64,000 bases of DNA from the human T2T-CHM13v2.0 reference genome, Homo sapiens. The position numbers and the translations under genes were made by a program. How positions within the stretch are numbered: the stretch's first letter is position 1; each line of letters starts with the position of its first letter. This document shows positions 28,473-43,725 of this stretch, piece by piece. Below the pieces are notes generated by a model, which was not told the origin of the DNA, ran no database searches, and worked only from the letters and a program-made list of their open reading frames with translations. Location of the stretch: assembly GCF_009914755.1 (NCBI RefSeq), contig NC_060942.1. One strand, given 5' to 3'.

Positions 28473-29263
28473 CTATTTACAGTATATTTGTTATAAATAT
28501 AATACATTTTTGAAAAGCTTATTTTTAATTAACTTGAGATTTATATTTTAAACAGATCAACTCAATAGTTAACGTTATATAATAAAGAATATGGTAATTT
28601 TAATGACAAAAATCGTATTGTGAAATAGCGCACTCTATACTGAGATGAATGAGGGGAAAAAAGTCAAAACTCCTTTCAAAACTATATTCAAAGCATCAGA
28701 AAAAATTTTTTTTTCTTTTTACAAAGTTATGTATAAGTCATAGGGACCACCAAATACTGAAATATGAAGACTCTATGACCAAAGTTCAAAACTGATTTTA
28801 AGGAACTGTGTGAAGCAAGACAGGAAAATTTGTATTTAACACTCTATAGAACTTCACAGTAAAGCTGGAATTTAGAGACTAATGGCTTAACAGGAGTACT
28901 GCCAACAAGGCCTTTCCTTTCTCAGAATCATCTCCTAATATTCGTATACCATTGACAAGTTGTAACAGCAGACTTAGACTTTGTGTTTTCTTAAGATGGG
29001 GCTTAATAAGGTGCACAAATATGCTGATATCCTGTATTATGAGCATGTAAATTATTCTCAGGGTTTAAAGAAATACAGAAAAAGAATGTTAAGTATTCTC
29101 AGTCCAACGTGCTTTGCATCATCAACAAAATGACAAGTCAAAGTATTTTGCAGGGATCAGATATCAATCAACCTCCATAACAAGTTAGGTATATCAAATA
29201 CTGCTGTAAAACCCATCCAGCAAAAACTGATTATTGTGGATTTCAGTACAAATTTCCAAGTTG

Positions 29264-29498
29264 TCACACATTACTGATGATGATCAGGGCAGGCATGGAA
29301 TTCTGCTGACTTGTTTCAAACACTGTAACTTGGTCCGATAACTTGGCAAATACCCTAGGAGTTCCAAGGTTATAAACACCTGTATGAACAAAGCATGCTT
29401 TCAGCTGCAGACTGTGAATCTCCTGGCTTTTAAGTTGAAGTTTATACTGTGTTTGTCCAAGCCATGTGAATGATCCATGGATTTCCAGTGCTTCTGGA
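29264..29498 (-). CDS. TRAPPC8: TRAPPC8 last coding exon (235 nt)
   Basis: Acceptor CCCTTAG|T; PEALEIHGSFTWLGQTQYKLQLKSQEIHSLQLKACFVHTGVYNLGTPRVFAKLSDQVTVFETSQQNSMPALIIISNV*. Confidence 0.95.
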
Positions 29499-29579
29499 CT
29501 AAGGGAGGAGGAAAATGTAAGTTGCAGGATTTTTTTCTTTTTAATTTTTTTCCCAAAGTCACATTAACATATCCCTTTC

Positions 29580-29905
<326 letters not shown>

Positions 29906-30592
29906 TTATTTTATGAAGCCAACTGTTTATTAATAATAGCAACATCATTACTATAACAGCTAACATTTATTATTTAATAGTTTCTATTCTCTAGGCACAA
30001 TGCTAAAAGTGGATTATTTCATTTAATGCCCTAAGAGTTAGTATATGTTGGAACTTGATTTCAAACCTAAACTTTTAACTCCTTAGTTAGCCATATATAA
30101 GTGTCTGTACATGAATGCTTTTAATATTGAAACTGTTTATAATATTGAAAAATGGAAAACCCAGTACCCAATAAAGTATTAATAAATTTATGATACACAA
30201 AATCACATATATAGGTGTGTGTTTGGATTTCAGAGAACTGTCCCAGATCCTGTTTGGGGTGTTATACAAAAATATTAAGTATACGCTTTATAGTATTTTT
30301 CCAAAAATTCAAAAATTTCTGAATTCCCAAAAGCATTTGGCTCTAGGAGTATCTGATGTGGGACTGTGGATCTGGATTTTTTTTTGTTGTTAAGTACTAT
30401 TTTATAATCAAGAAAAAAAAATCTTTAATATTTAAAGCCTCTGTAACACATCTGTAAGCCTTCTATATTACCAAACAAAAAACCAGGACAAGCTTGAGTA
30501 ACTTTCTTATCCATGTTAGGTAATTATTTGCATAATTTCAAAATATTAAATTGCTCCCAAATCAAATAACCTTGCACTAAACAAATCTTTAC

Positions 30593-30682
30593 CTTGTTGT
30601 TTTATGCCGAAGATCAACTATGACATCTACATCAGCCTTAGAACAATTGGAAAGTAAAAGAGTGACTGGTACTAAACAAAGG
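30593..30682 (-). CDS. TRAPPC8: TRAPPC8 coding exon (90 nt)
   Basis: CCATAG|C...AG|GTAAAG; LCLVPVTLLLSNCSKADVDVIVDLRHKTT; phase 2/2 fits neighbours. Confidence 0.93.
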
Positions 30683-32229
30683 CTATGGAAGAAAAATAAA
30701 CAAAAAAGTTATATATTTTTTTCTTCTTAAAAGCAATTTTCCTGAAAATAACACTTAAGACTATGTAACAGAGCATAAGCTCCTTAAAAACAATCAGATT
30801 CAAGAAGGAAAAAGCTCAAGTTCCAAAATCACTCAAGACAAATTATATTGTAAATAAAAAATATATTAATACAATGACAATATTAAATATCAGAATATAT
30901 ACATTCACAGAACTATTTTATTTTCATTTATTAATCTTCTAAAAACAACTAAAATGTTTCTAGATATTTCACAAAATGAAAAACAAAATCTCAACTTAGA
31001 TCAATGAAGAAAAAGTAAACCATGAAAATGCCAACAACTAATACTGTTGTCTTTGTGCTTATTAAAAATTACTTAATTTTGAGAACTTGGCCTAGACTGA
31101 CATTTGTTTTTCTATCAAATTTGCACAACATCATGTTTTGAAGAATATAAGAATGATTTCTATATAGTTATGAGGAAATCTCTTTCGAGTGGATACATTT
31201 TGCTCAGGTAGCCTAGTTTCTGATACCATAATTAATAAATTACTAAAGCATAGGAAAAAAGGCAGTGATAGAAGAGGACATGCGAATAGAGTGGTACAGA
31301 TTTCAAATCAAGAATGCAAGAAATGAATATAACATGTACAAATGAAGCAGGGTTATATACTATTATCTACCTTTTACTCTATAAACACAAAGATAGTAAA
31401 GAAGAAAAAATAGTAACCGTATAAGTTCATACACATTAACTTTTAAATTCTGCTCAGATAATATATTTTATACTTTCAGAAACTTTATATCTTCTTACTG
31501 AGAAATACTTTTTAAACAATACCGCAAACGTCACAGGTTTCCCTAAACAAAAACTAAGATGATTTAAAATACATACCAGGTTGTACTGGTGCTATGCCCT
31601 AACTTCCCCCACAAACTTCTCATGTGGCAAGAAGGGCAACAAAGACTACTGGGTAGGTGTCCAGTCAGTCTGAAGCATCTCATTAAATTAAGTTCCAATT
31701 GCATAATTTGTAGCCCAAAGTAAAAATTCAGGAACTTATGCTATTCTGTTCCCATTTGATCCTCAAATGTCAAATTCTTTGTACCTTATACAAATGCTTC
31801 TAGTAGAAGAAGAAATGTGAACATGTGGATATCTCCTGGTCCAAAGTGAAACTCATCATCTTCATTCCAGTGAAGAGCACCCCCATCTACCCCAGCAAAC
31901 TGTAAGTATCATACTGATTCCTCCTAACAGTCACTAACCTCCACTCCCAATGTTCTTCACAAATTCCTGCCAATTCTCTCACCCACACATCTCTGGAACC
32001 TGGTTACTTCACTGTATCTCATTTTCCTTACAAGTTCAAGTCTCATGTCTCATTTTACTGCAAGAGCCTCTTAATTAGCACCACAATGCAATCTATTCTT
32101 TAACCATGTTTCTCACACTTGAGTATGCACCAGAAATACCTGGCAAGCTTGTTTTAAAAAACCTGCTGGGCCTACTCTCAGAGATTCTGATTCCATAGGT
32201 CTGGAGTGTGGCCCAAACATTGCATTCCT

Positions 32230-32918
<689 letters not shown>

Positions 32919-34206
32919 TTGGGACCACATTTTGAAAACTGCTTTACACATTAGTTTTTCTAAAATGCTAATCTAATGAACCACAAACAGGGCTGAGAAA
33001 TCAAAGTTCTGACAACTATTCTCCCACCACTGCATCCAGTGAAAAAGCTGGGCTCTAGAGTCAGACTGCTACCTGTACCTCAGTTTTCTCAACTGTAAAC
33101 TGCAAAGAATAATAATTGATTCTACCTCTTGGGTTTGTTGTGATTAGGTAAAACATGTTAAGTGCTGAGAATGGTGACTAGCACATGTTCAAAAGCTCCA
33201 TAAACATTATTTAATATAACAATTTATGCTCATGGCAGCTAAACATAGTATGATTTTATCTTTGTTATCTCCTGTCACCTATTCTTTCTTCTATTCTCAT
33301 ACCTCTACTGCTCTGTGTCCCACTACCATGACCAAACCTCCTACTGTCCCATTTCCTCACATTTCTACTTGTTTTCTGAAACCCCCATTAAATTAAGAAT
33401 GCTTCCTTATATCCTCCATCTCTTCTCTTTGTGTTTCTACATCTATCTTTAACTGTATTGTCCTCTCAACAATAGATGCTGTATTTCTTCCAACATCTTC
33501 CATACCTCAGGGTGGCTGATGTAGTTCTTAATGATTTCTTTCTACTACCTCTCCTGTAAAGATGCCTCCACTTTTTCATCATAAACTACCTTAAGGTTTG
33601 TATTCTTTTTTCTGTTCCCATTCTAACAAACACAGTGACAGTAACTCAGTACAGCGAGAATTCTTTGGGGGAAAGGGGAAGAAATGGATATTCTGAAATA
33701 TTTGAGGTAAAGATGAAGCATGTGTAGTCTGAACATCTGCTTTACCTCCCATTTGTGAATTCATCTGCTGTATCGGTCAAGCAGAGGCATACACCTAGTA
33801 AGACACTATTCTCTCGCTACCCTCCTCTGTACTATCTATTGGCATAATTTTAAAAGTGTCAGGGAAGTTTGTTTTCTTCCTTCAACTCCAAGTCTTGTCA
33901 TCATTTTGGACAACTTCACTGTCTAGGTATATGACTTATTCAGCACCTTCCCAAATCCTGGACCTATCATCTCCATAATCTTCAGTACTATTCAAAACTC
34001 AGCCACACAACTTCCATGACCAAACCATGAAATTTTTTCCCATCACATTAGACAACTATCCCTAACATAATACTCGGTCACCCCACTTTGACCACCATCT
34101 CCCAACTCTCTAGCTTTCTCAATTATACTCTCTCATCTGTTTTTGAGTTTTACACAGACACCCAGTCACTTGATCCTTCATTTCAATGGTTCTCAACCTT
34201 GGTTAC

Positions 34207-34625
34207 TGTGGTAACTGTGAGTACTGCTTAGCAGTTATTCACTCTCTCTGTGGGACTGTGAATCATCCTTGTTGATATGGAAGTGAGGCTATTTGGTCAA
34301 TGAAATATTAACATCTTTTGATGCAAGCAAAAGTCTTAAATGTGCTTTTGCAATGTGGCTCACTTTTTATACTCCGGAGACATGCCACCAGAACATACTC
34401 CAGGTAGCAGCTGCTCCTTTGGACTGGGCCCAAAATATATGTGGCACAGACGGGAACCCAAGTTTCTTCAGGTGCCAAATCCAAACAGCACACAGACCAA
34501 AGCACAGCTTCGGCCAAATTATCAACTGGCAGACCCATGAGTATGGAAATAAATGCTTTGTTATAAGCTACTCATTTCTGAAATGGTTTGTTATGAAGCA
34601 TTATTGTGGCAACAATGACTAATAG
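34207..34625 (+). mobile_element. MLT1-type MaLR LTR inside a MER5-like element
   Basis: TGTGG start; AATAAATGCTTTGTTATAAGC...TTTGTTATGAAGCA...GACTAATA end typical of MLT1. Confidence 0.6.
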
Positions 34626-35249
34626 AGATGGACATGGGTATGATCTGCAGACATTTTAAAACTAGAGATGCCGGTACCCTGCTTCCAGAGAATCTGATTG
34701 AATCAGCCCAAGCATTGGAAATGTCAGAAATTCCCAAATGATTCTAACATGCAGCCAAGGAGAAAACTGCCACATTTTATCCTTGAACCTGCCTTGTTTT
34801 CACATACTTCCATGCAGAGTTTTGATTTTGGAATGCTTCATTTAACCCACTCTTCTACTTTAGTTTGATCAAAACTTTCCTGTTTCACATAGATTCCATA
34901 GGGTTTTTTAACCCCTAAGTAGAATGATGTAGAGAACTCCTAAACATCCTAGCCTCTCAATGCAGCAAAGGTTTAACCACTAAGGTTAAAAAGAAGCACC
35001 AAGGTTATTCAGAAAGTACATGAAGCAGGACGGGTTTAATAAACAGAGCTGAAGTAGAAGATTGGGTTAAAATGAATCACAGAATCAAAATTGTTCATAG
35101 AAGTGTGTGAGGTTCAATAAGGATAAAACACAAACATTTTTATTTTCACTTATGGTTGCATATTAGGATCACCTGGAGAACTTAAGAAAATCCAGATGCC
35201 AACCCCTACTCTGGGCCAATCAAACTGGAACCTCTGGGGGTAGGACTGA

Positions 35250-35570
<321 letters not shown>

Positions 35571-35923
35571 CATCCTTCAGTATTTCTTACATTTCCCCAG
35601 GTGAACCCTGCATACATCTGTATCAGAGAAAGGAACAAAGCATGAGTACTGGGCAACATTAAGACCATGACAAAGACTTAGGACCACAAGTATTTAAAAA
35701 ATAACTTAGGATAAAATTTTTTAAAGATCCAACAAGAGTTAAGTGCTGGTGAAGGTATCAAGCAGAAGGAATTCGCATATGCTGCTATTGGAATATGCAA
35801 ATTAGTAAAACCACTTTGGAGACGTTACTATGTAAAAAAAAAAAGGCAAGCACATATGTACAAGGAAAGGTGTAGAATATTCACAGCAGAATTCAAAATA
35901 GTTCAAATCAGAAACTATTCTAT

Positions 35924-36249
35924 GGCTGAGCGTGGTGGCTCACGCCTGTGATCCCAGCACTTTGGGAGGCCGAGGCAATCTGCCTGAGCCCAGGAATTCA
36001 AGACCAGCCTGGCCAACATGGTGAAACCGCATCTCTACTAAAAATACCAAATTTGGCTGACCTGGTGGTGTACAGTGCATGCCTGTAATCCCAGCTACTC
36101 AAAGGCTGAGGCACGAGAATCACTTGAACCTGGGAGGCAGAGTTTGCAGTGAGCCAAGATCGTATCACTGCACTCCAGCCTGGGTGACAGTGTGTGACTC
36201 TGTCTCAGAAAAATTTAAAAAAAGAAAAAGAAGAAGAAGAAAAAAAAAT
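35924..36249 (+). mobile_element. Alu
   Basis: Diverged dimeric Alu with AAG-rich tail. Confidence 0.9.
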
Positions 36250-37820
36250 ATTTTAAAAGTCCATTAACACTTAAGTAGGTAAACTAATTCTGGTATATCG
36301 AAACATACTCACATGCAATGAAAATCAATTCTACAGGTTCCTGCAATGGCTGACTCTTACTAACACAGTATTAAATGAAAGAAGCTAGACATACAAATAT
36401 ACTCTATAATTCTACTTATATAAAGATTACAGAGATAATCATTTAGGTGTTAGCTTTGTTAAAAAAAAAATCACTTAAAAAAAAAAAAAAAAAAGAGAGA
36501 CAGGGTCTTGCTGTTTTGCCCAGGCTAGAGTGCAATGGTGCAAACATAGCTGACCGTAGCCTCAAACTAATGGGCTCAAGCGATCCTCCTGCCTCAGCCT
36601 CCCAAGTAGCTGGAACTACAGGTGTGTACCACCATGCCCGGCTCTAAGTTACTTTTTAAAATATTTTTTCTCTTAAAGTCACTGTCAAGGTCTTAATTTT
36701 GCCCAGTACTCCTTCTATGCATCCTCAGCTAGCATCTTCTCAGTAGCTATCCTAAAATTTCACTTTTTTCAAATTCTCTACCCTTTACTCTTATCTCCTA
36801 GATTAATTAGCTAACCTTGCTCTTATAACTACCCCCTGAAATGGAGGCACTACATAACGTGTAAGAAGGTCCCTTCTTTAGCGCAAAGCAAATCCTGTCA
36901 TTCTTCAGTGCATGTATCTTATCTTTCCATCTACTAAGGATTTTGTTAGTTTCCCTGTATCTCATCATTTTCTTCAAGACCACAAACATGCCTATATCGT
37001 ACCTAGTAAGAACAGATACTCCCTGATCCCTTTTCATAGCCCAGTTTCTTGAAAGGATGGTCAACGCGGTATCTTTACTTTCTTACCTCCTATTTGCTTC
37101 TCAACCTATGATGTCATGCTATTCTACCCTCTATACAGAGGCATTCTTCTCAAAAATCATGATCTCCTTATTGTCAGATCCAATGACCTTTTGGCCCATT
37201 TACTATTTGACCTTTCTGTAGCATCTTAAACTATTAACCACTTCTCTTGAACTATTCTCACTCAACCTTTGAGATAGTTTCTTTTTATTGGTCTTTTCTT
37301 CCTAATTTTTTAATTAGTTCTTTTTCTTCAGTTTTCTTCATAGGCTTCTTTTTCCTTAGCTTCTTTCTCAGATGTTACTGTTCCACAGGTCACCATCCTC
37401 TTTCTGTTCTATTCCATCCTATCCCCATCCCCATCCAGGGTGTTTGCACCAAAATTCATACCTTCAATTATTACTTAGATTGTTTCTAATAGGCTTCTCT
37501 CCATCTTTTATTTGCAAAACTGGCAAACTTTTGAAGTGTTGCCTGATTCAGGACTTCTTATTTTTAGAATTTTAGAGATTTATATATTCCAGCTATTTAC
37601 CAAAATTACAAATATATCACATTTGCCATGAAGTTTACTTAATAAATCTTTAACTGATATTGTCTAAACTTGAACTGTTTAGTTCAAGTATTCTATAGAC
37701 TCAAAAACATTCTAAATTTCCTCTTCAATATTTGGGTTAATGTCACTGCCAAAATAAAAGAAACAAATACACGTGCCAGTGTGTTGTAGAAAATTTTGGT
37801 AACAAAAATAAAGCTCAAAC

Positions 37821-37966
37821 CTTTTTTGATGAAATGGATGATTAAATGATTCTGGGTAGTGAAGACTCGTTTTAATGAGACTAGAAAGCTGCTCTACTGA
37901 TGGCCTTGAGGAAACTGTAATGTTTTCTGGCCTGAAAAATTTCAATAGTTCCATTTCTGGTGGCTC
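37821..37966 (-). CDS. TRAPPC8: TRAPPC8 coding exon (146 nt)
   Basis: TCTCAG|GAG...AG|GTTTGA; EPPEMELLKFFRPENITVSSRPSVEQLSSLIKTSLHYPESFNHPFHQK. Confidence 0.94.
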
Positions 37967-38585
37967 CTGAGAAAAGAAAGAAAAAACATATGACAATAAA
38001 AACACTACCTTGTTTAAAAAAAAAAAAAGCATAGTGTATATATACAAAAGTTAAAATCAGCAGAGATAATGTAATGCATGAACAGTACTTTTCTGCTGTT
38101 AAGCTAATAGCTGCTATCATTTGCAGTGTAATCTAAGATAAAAAAATCAGTATCTGGAATCATTTATTCATTCCTCACTTATGTGTTGGAGTTAGACTTG
38201 AATCTCAGTAGCTTTACATATTAGCTCTGTTATCTTGGATAAGTTACTTAATACTTTAATAATTAATTTCTTCATATGTAAAAAGAAGTTCATGACAATA
38301 ATAACTTCAAAGGTTGTTGTGATTCTCATCTGATAATACTGCACAGGACTTAGGACTGCAGACATTCGATTGCATAGCACCTATTTTAATAGCTGAAAAT
38401 CTAAAACTGTTTAATATTTCATTCTGAAAATATCCTGCTGCATTGTATAGTATAATCTATACTATAATGTGCTTCAACTACACTAGCTAAAGGTTAAAAT
38501 GCACGTAAAAAGTATTAACATAGCTGTTTGTCAGGCACATTATGACTATTTCAATAAATAATCATTATCATCTAATGAAAATAGA

Positions 38586-38935
38586 GGTCAGGCAGGGTGG
38601 CTCACGTCTGTAATCCCAGCACTTTGGGAGGCTGAGGAGGGCAGATCACTTGAGGCCAGGAGTTGGAGGTTAGCCTGGCCAACATGGTGAAATGCCATCT
38701 ACTAAAACTATACAAATTAGCCAGGCGTGGTGGTACACACCTGTAATCCTAGCTACTCAGGAGGCTGAGGCAGGAGAATCACTTGAACCCAGGAGGCGGA
38801 GGTTGTAGTGAGCCGAGATTGCACCACTGCACTCCAACCTGGGCAACAGAATGTGGCTCTGCCTCAAAATAAATAGAGAGACAGAGGGAGGGAGGGAGGG
38901 AGGCAGGGAGTTGGGGAGGGTGAGAGAGAGAGAAA
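38586..38935 (+). mobile_element. Alu followed by a GGGA/GA purine tract
   Basis: Dimeric Alu; 38876-38935 is nearly all purine. Confidence 0.92.
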
Positions 38936-39071
38936 GATGAAAGTAGAGAAACATCCCATTTCTACTATTATTTTCTTTCTTGGTTATTTTTTTTTCTCTA
39001 TTTTCCCTCACCACCCAGGAGAATATTTGATTTATAATTTTCTGATAGCCGAGTTTGATTTTTATCTATAC

Positions 39072-39290
39072 CAGCAATTGGCAAACCATAGCCCATGGGC
39101 TAAATCCAGCCTGCATCCTGTTTTTGTAAAGTTTTATTGAAACGCAGCCACATCCATTTGTCAACATACTGTCTATGGCTGCTTTTTGACTTCAATGACA
39201 GAAATGAGTATTATGACATAGTCAATCTGGTGAGCAAAACCTAAAATACTTCCTGGCCTTTTTCAGTGTAAGTTTGCTGACCCCTTATCT
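39072..39290. mobile_element. MER58A-like hAT DNA element
   Basis: TTGGCAAACCATAGCCCATGGGCTAAATCCAGCC...GTTTGCTGACCCCT with terminal inverted ends. Confidence 0.75.
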
Positions 39291-41150
39291 ACACAGTTGC
39301 AAAAGCAAGAGCTAAATTTGCTGGAAATAAAATAAAAGCTGGCACTGGTTCCAGATTCATCCCATTAACAACTAACAAATTAACCATATTATATTCAAGT
39401 AACACCCTGGGGCTACTGGTAAAAAAAAAAAAAGACAAATTTTAAAAAACACAAACAAAAAAAGATTATAGCCTAATCAGTGGTAACAGACAAGCATATA
39501 ATCATATGGCCAGAAATTTCATTTCCAGAAATCTATCCCACAAAATATGTAAAAAGCAAAATATTTGAAACTGGTATGATATACAAATGTATGAAAATTG
39601 ACCAAAAATATCATATAGTCAAATAAAGTTTAACAGCATGTTAAAAATACATATATTCCAATGCTTATATTTGCATAAGCATGGAACATTTCTGGAATAG
39701 AAAAGGAACTTGATTATGGGTAATTTCAAAAAGTGGCCCTGAGGAGAGAAAAGAAAACCAGAATTTGCTTTCTCATTTGTATATTTGTTTTTTTTGTTTT
39801 AAATTTTTTATCTTTCCAATTGACAGCTTGTGGATATTTTGCTTTTTTGCAATAAAAATTACTACTTTTATAATAAAAATTTTAAAAAATCAGATAAACC
39901 AGAGTATATGAAAGAGAACAGAAATGTGATTAAGGGGAAACCAGAGAAAGAAACTATCTGATACAATGTAATAGCCTTTACATGTGGGATGTAGGTGGAA
40001 GTATTTTTGCATGTTTAAAAAGAGGAAAATTAATTCAGAAACGTTAAAAAAAAACTGAAGATCTTTTTTAAGTGGCAGAGATTATATACAAATACAGTTC
40101 TATTTTGAACTACTGTGCTATACTGCTTTGGCAATTAAATTTTCCTTCTGCTAATCATATGACTTAAAATTATAATTTTATATGCCTGCTGTTGCCTAAA
40201 CAGAGGATTCAGATTATGAGGACTTCTACCTATACCTCACAGGGTTGTAATTTTAAGTACTGATGTGAACCAACACTTGACAAATACCAAATACCTTATG
40301 AATGGTATCTATTATTGTTATTTACCTATGTGGATTACTTTATCCCCCAGTATCAGATAACTTTCTCTAGCTGAATGTTTTTAAAATTTATTTAAAAAAA
40401 TAAACTATCTCAGACTTGTTTTCTTTAAGAGACAGGGTCTTGCTATGTTACCCAAGCTGGTCTTGAACTCCTGGCCTCAAGCAATCCTCCCACCTCAGTC
40501 TTCTATGCAGCTGGGACTAAAGGCATGTACCACCACACTCAGCTTCTTTCAGACTTTAAGGAAATTTAGATTGGTCAATTAGAGATTCAAATACAAGACT
40601 AGTATACCCTTGGTACACAAGCATCTTGGTGTATGTATGGGCTACTTGCCAGCTTTTCACAGGATTCAAAATATAACACTTATATTGGTGATTTTACCTT
40701 TGTCCAAGGTGTGTCATTTGGCCTTATAGACTGGTATTTAATCTCACTATTTTCTCAGAGTTAAGTAATGGTGAGATGTTAATCACTACAACACAGTTAA
40801 TGTGGATGAATGCCAATGTATAGTGATAAATATAATTTGCTACCAACTGACCAATGTGCACAGGGTTTCTGTTGGTAGTTTACTTAGGAAGCAAAGTTTC
40901 AGAACACTGATTGTGAGACATGAAATCAGACAAGGGATATTAGTGAGGTAACATAAATGTCGACTGGCATCAGGCTGATCACCTGCACAATGAAGATGTA
41001 ACTACAGAGACACCAAATACTAATGTGGGTAAGCAGAACCTACTTATCCCATGACAATGGTTGGATGAATATTGGCAATGTCTTTTTTATTCTATAATTT
41101 TATAACTGACTGACTCCCCTACTGATGGACAGTTTCTTTCTTTACTTATA

Positions 41151-41387
41151 CAGGATGAGCAGCCCAAATCCAAAGATGCAAAATCTGAAACGCTCTGAAA
41201 TCAGAAATGCTGCAAAATCCAAAAAATTTTGAGTGTTGACATGACACTCACAGGAAATGCTCTTCAGACCATTTTGGATTTCAGATTTTCAGACTAGGGA
41301 TGCTCACCTAGCAGGTATATGATGCAAATATTCCAAAATCCAAAACACTTTGGGTACCAGCATTTCAGAGAAGGGATACTCAATCTC
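41151..41387. mobile_element. Tigger4/Zombi-like Tc1-mariner MITE
   Basis: TA|CAGGATGAGCAGCCC...GGGATACTCAATCT inverted ends; AAAATCC/AAATCTGAAA repeats. Confidence 0.75.
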
Positions 41388-43489
41388 TTATTTTCTCTCA
41401 GGCTGAATTCAGTTTGTGTATGACTAGGAATGCTCTTTCAAATCTTGCATATTTCTGCTCTGATCCATTACATAGTTTTTTTTTATGTGAATGAATCACT
41501 TTATGAAAAGAAAAAGATCTAAAGGTGAATATATTTTCAAGGCAAAAAAATTCATGTACAAAATAGTAAGATAAAAAGTAGAAAGACTTTCCTTTTATAA
41601 ATTCTTAAGGAAAAATGTTTCTAAAACACTTTACACTTAAGGGTTGTATATTAATCTGCAACACAATCAATTTAGCAGGCTCTTATATTTAAAAATAACA
41701 AGAGAAATTATAATTCCTTTCTTTTTATAACAACCATTCAATGAAACCTGTAGTTTATTAAACAATATCACCTCTTCTGTCTTTTTTCTTTTTCGGTTAA
41801 AATTTTACCATTCATTAAGTGAGCTGAATGAATGTTTACGTGAACTTCATATGTAGTAAATGCATAACATAAGCACACATATAAGTTCTGGAAATAGAAT
41901 ATTTGCTAAAGGAAATAGATTTTGTTGTTACATTGGTAAAATAATTTTGTGCACAGCATTCCCTATATTTATTCTTTATAAGGCAGAACAAAAATTAAAA
42001 GACATGCTGATTATAGAACTGCAATGTTGAAAGTTGCAATCTTAAAGCTTACTGTGTACTATCTATTTGTGTGCAAACTATTAGTATGACTGAGCCACTC
42101 ATATCTGGTTAAAATATTTTTGGTTTCTTAATGCAGTGGAATGAATTTGGTAACTCAGCATTCTTTATTCATTTACTTAATAATTACCAAGTACTTATTA
42201 TGTGGTAGCACTATCCCAAGAGGTTGTAGTAAAATAGTAAATAAAGCAAACAAATTCAACCTCAATAAATAAGTCTACCTGGGGGATAGACGGAACAATG
42301 TGAAAACTGATAAATTACAAATCCTCAATCAACAGATTTCTATTTTCTCTCAGACAATTTTAAAACTGAAAATTATTATGAAATATTATAGCTGTACTTA
42401 TTTCACAGAGTCTCATTTGTAAAATGGGTGTAATTCTACCTGCCTTGCTTACAGAGTATGAGGACCAAAGGAGAATAAAAGCCACTTTGTAACCTGCAAG
42501 AAACACAAATTCAATATGCTCTCAATCAGTTTGGGTACATTTCCTTACTTTCTGCCACCATAATATCTTCTGGTTCATCTTGCATTTTCTCTGCCCCAGC
42601 CCTAAAATCAACCATTTTTCCAAGGAACCCTGGCTCCTTTTATTGGAGAACAGTCAGTAAGTTTTCAGGTGAAATTTTTGTTGCAAATAAAAAAACTACA
42701 AGTATACCAAACAATATGGATAAATTTCACAAACACAGAAGTTGAATAAAAGAAGCCGAGGTATATATTGTATGACTATTTACATAAATTCAAAAGCAGT
42801 AGTTTTGCTTTTGACTTGTAAGTCAGAAAGAAGTAACTATAAGTTTGGTCTGGAAGAGAAAGATTTCTGATTGGAAAGGAACAAACGCAGAACTTCTGGG
42901 GTGCTGGTTAGGTTCTAGTTCTTGATCTGGGTCCTGGTTTGGAGTGTTCCTCAGTTTGTGAAAATCAAATAAGCTATTTACTTTTCTGTACTTATGTTAC
43001 ACTTCAGTAAAAAGTTCAAAAATGTATTATTAATATATTCAAGTCACCAAAAAAATACAAGCTATTTATTTGAGACTTCTAAATTATACTGAATACATTT
43101 CTATATACCACCTGTCAGGAGGAAAGCACGTGAACAATGGCCTTAGAAGAATACCTGCAACCTTGCAGTGAGCCGAGATTGTGCCACTGCACTCAAGCCT
43201 GGTAACAGAGTGAGACTCTGTCTCAAAAAAAAAAAAAAAGAAAAGAAAAGAAAGAAAGAAACCAGACATTTATACCACCTCAAATTATCTCCGCACAAAT
43301 TACTTACTATTATGAAAGGAAAAACAGTAACTTGACTGTGAAGAAACATGGCACCACCTTAAATGATCCAACACTGATGAGGCAAATTAACATCATGCAC
43401 TTTCTTATGCAACACATCACTTAGTATAAACTTAATCTAATCATGAGGAGACATGAGAAAAACCCAAAGAGGTATTATTCTAGAAAATA

Positions 43490-43725
43490 GGCCGGGCACA
43501 GTGGCTCACGCCTGTAATCCCAGCACTTTGGGAGGCCGAGGCGGGCGGATCACGAGGTCAGGAGATCGAGACCATCCTGCCTAACACGGTGAAACCCCGT
43601 CTCTACTAAAAATACAAAAAAAATTAGCTGGGCGAGGTGGCGGGTGGCCACTGCACTCCAGCCTGGGCGACAGCGAGACTCCGTCTCAAAAAAAAAAAAA
43701 ATAAATAAATAAATAAAATAAAATA
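43490..43725 (+). mobile_element. AluY with internal right-arm deletion, within L1M remnants (~42660-44250)
   Basis: GGCGGGTG joins directly to GCCACTGCACTCC. Confidence 0.9.

Larger units (their letters stand above)
27700..29263 (-). other. TRAPPC8: TRAPPC8 3' UTR (end approximate)
   Basis: Follows the stop codon at 29266-29264; minus-strand AATAAA at 28472-28467, 27730-27725 and 27721-27716. Confidence 0.7.

Noticed and set aside
37712-38047. Track ORFs extending beyond exons (also 54136-54354, 56037-56498, 63093-63308)
   Set aside because: They are TRAPPC8 exons plus read-through into intron flanks; true bounds were set by splice sites and phase
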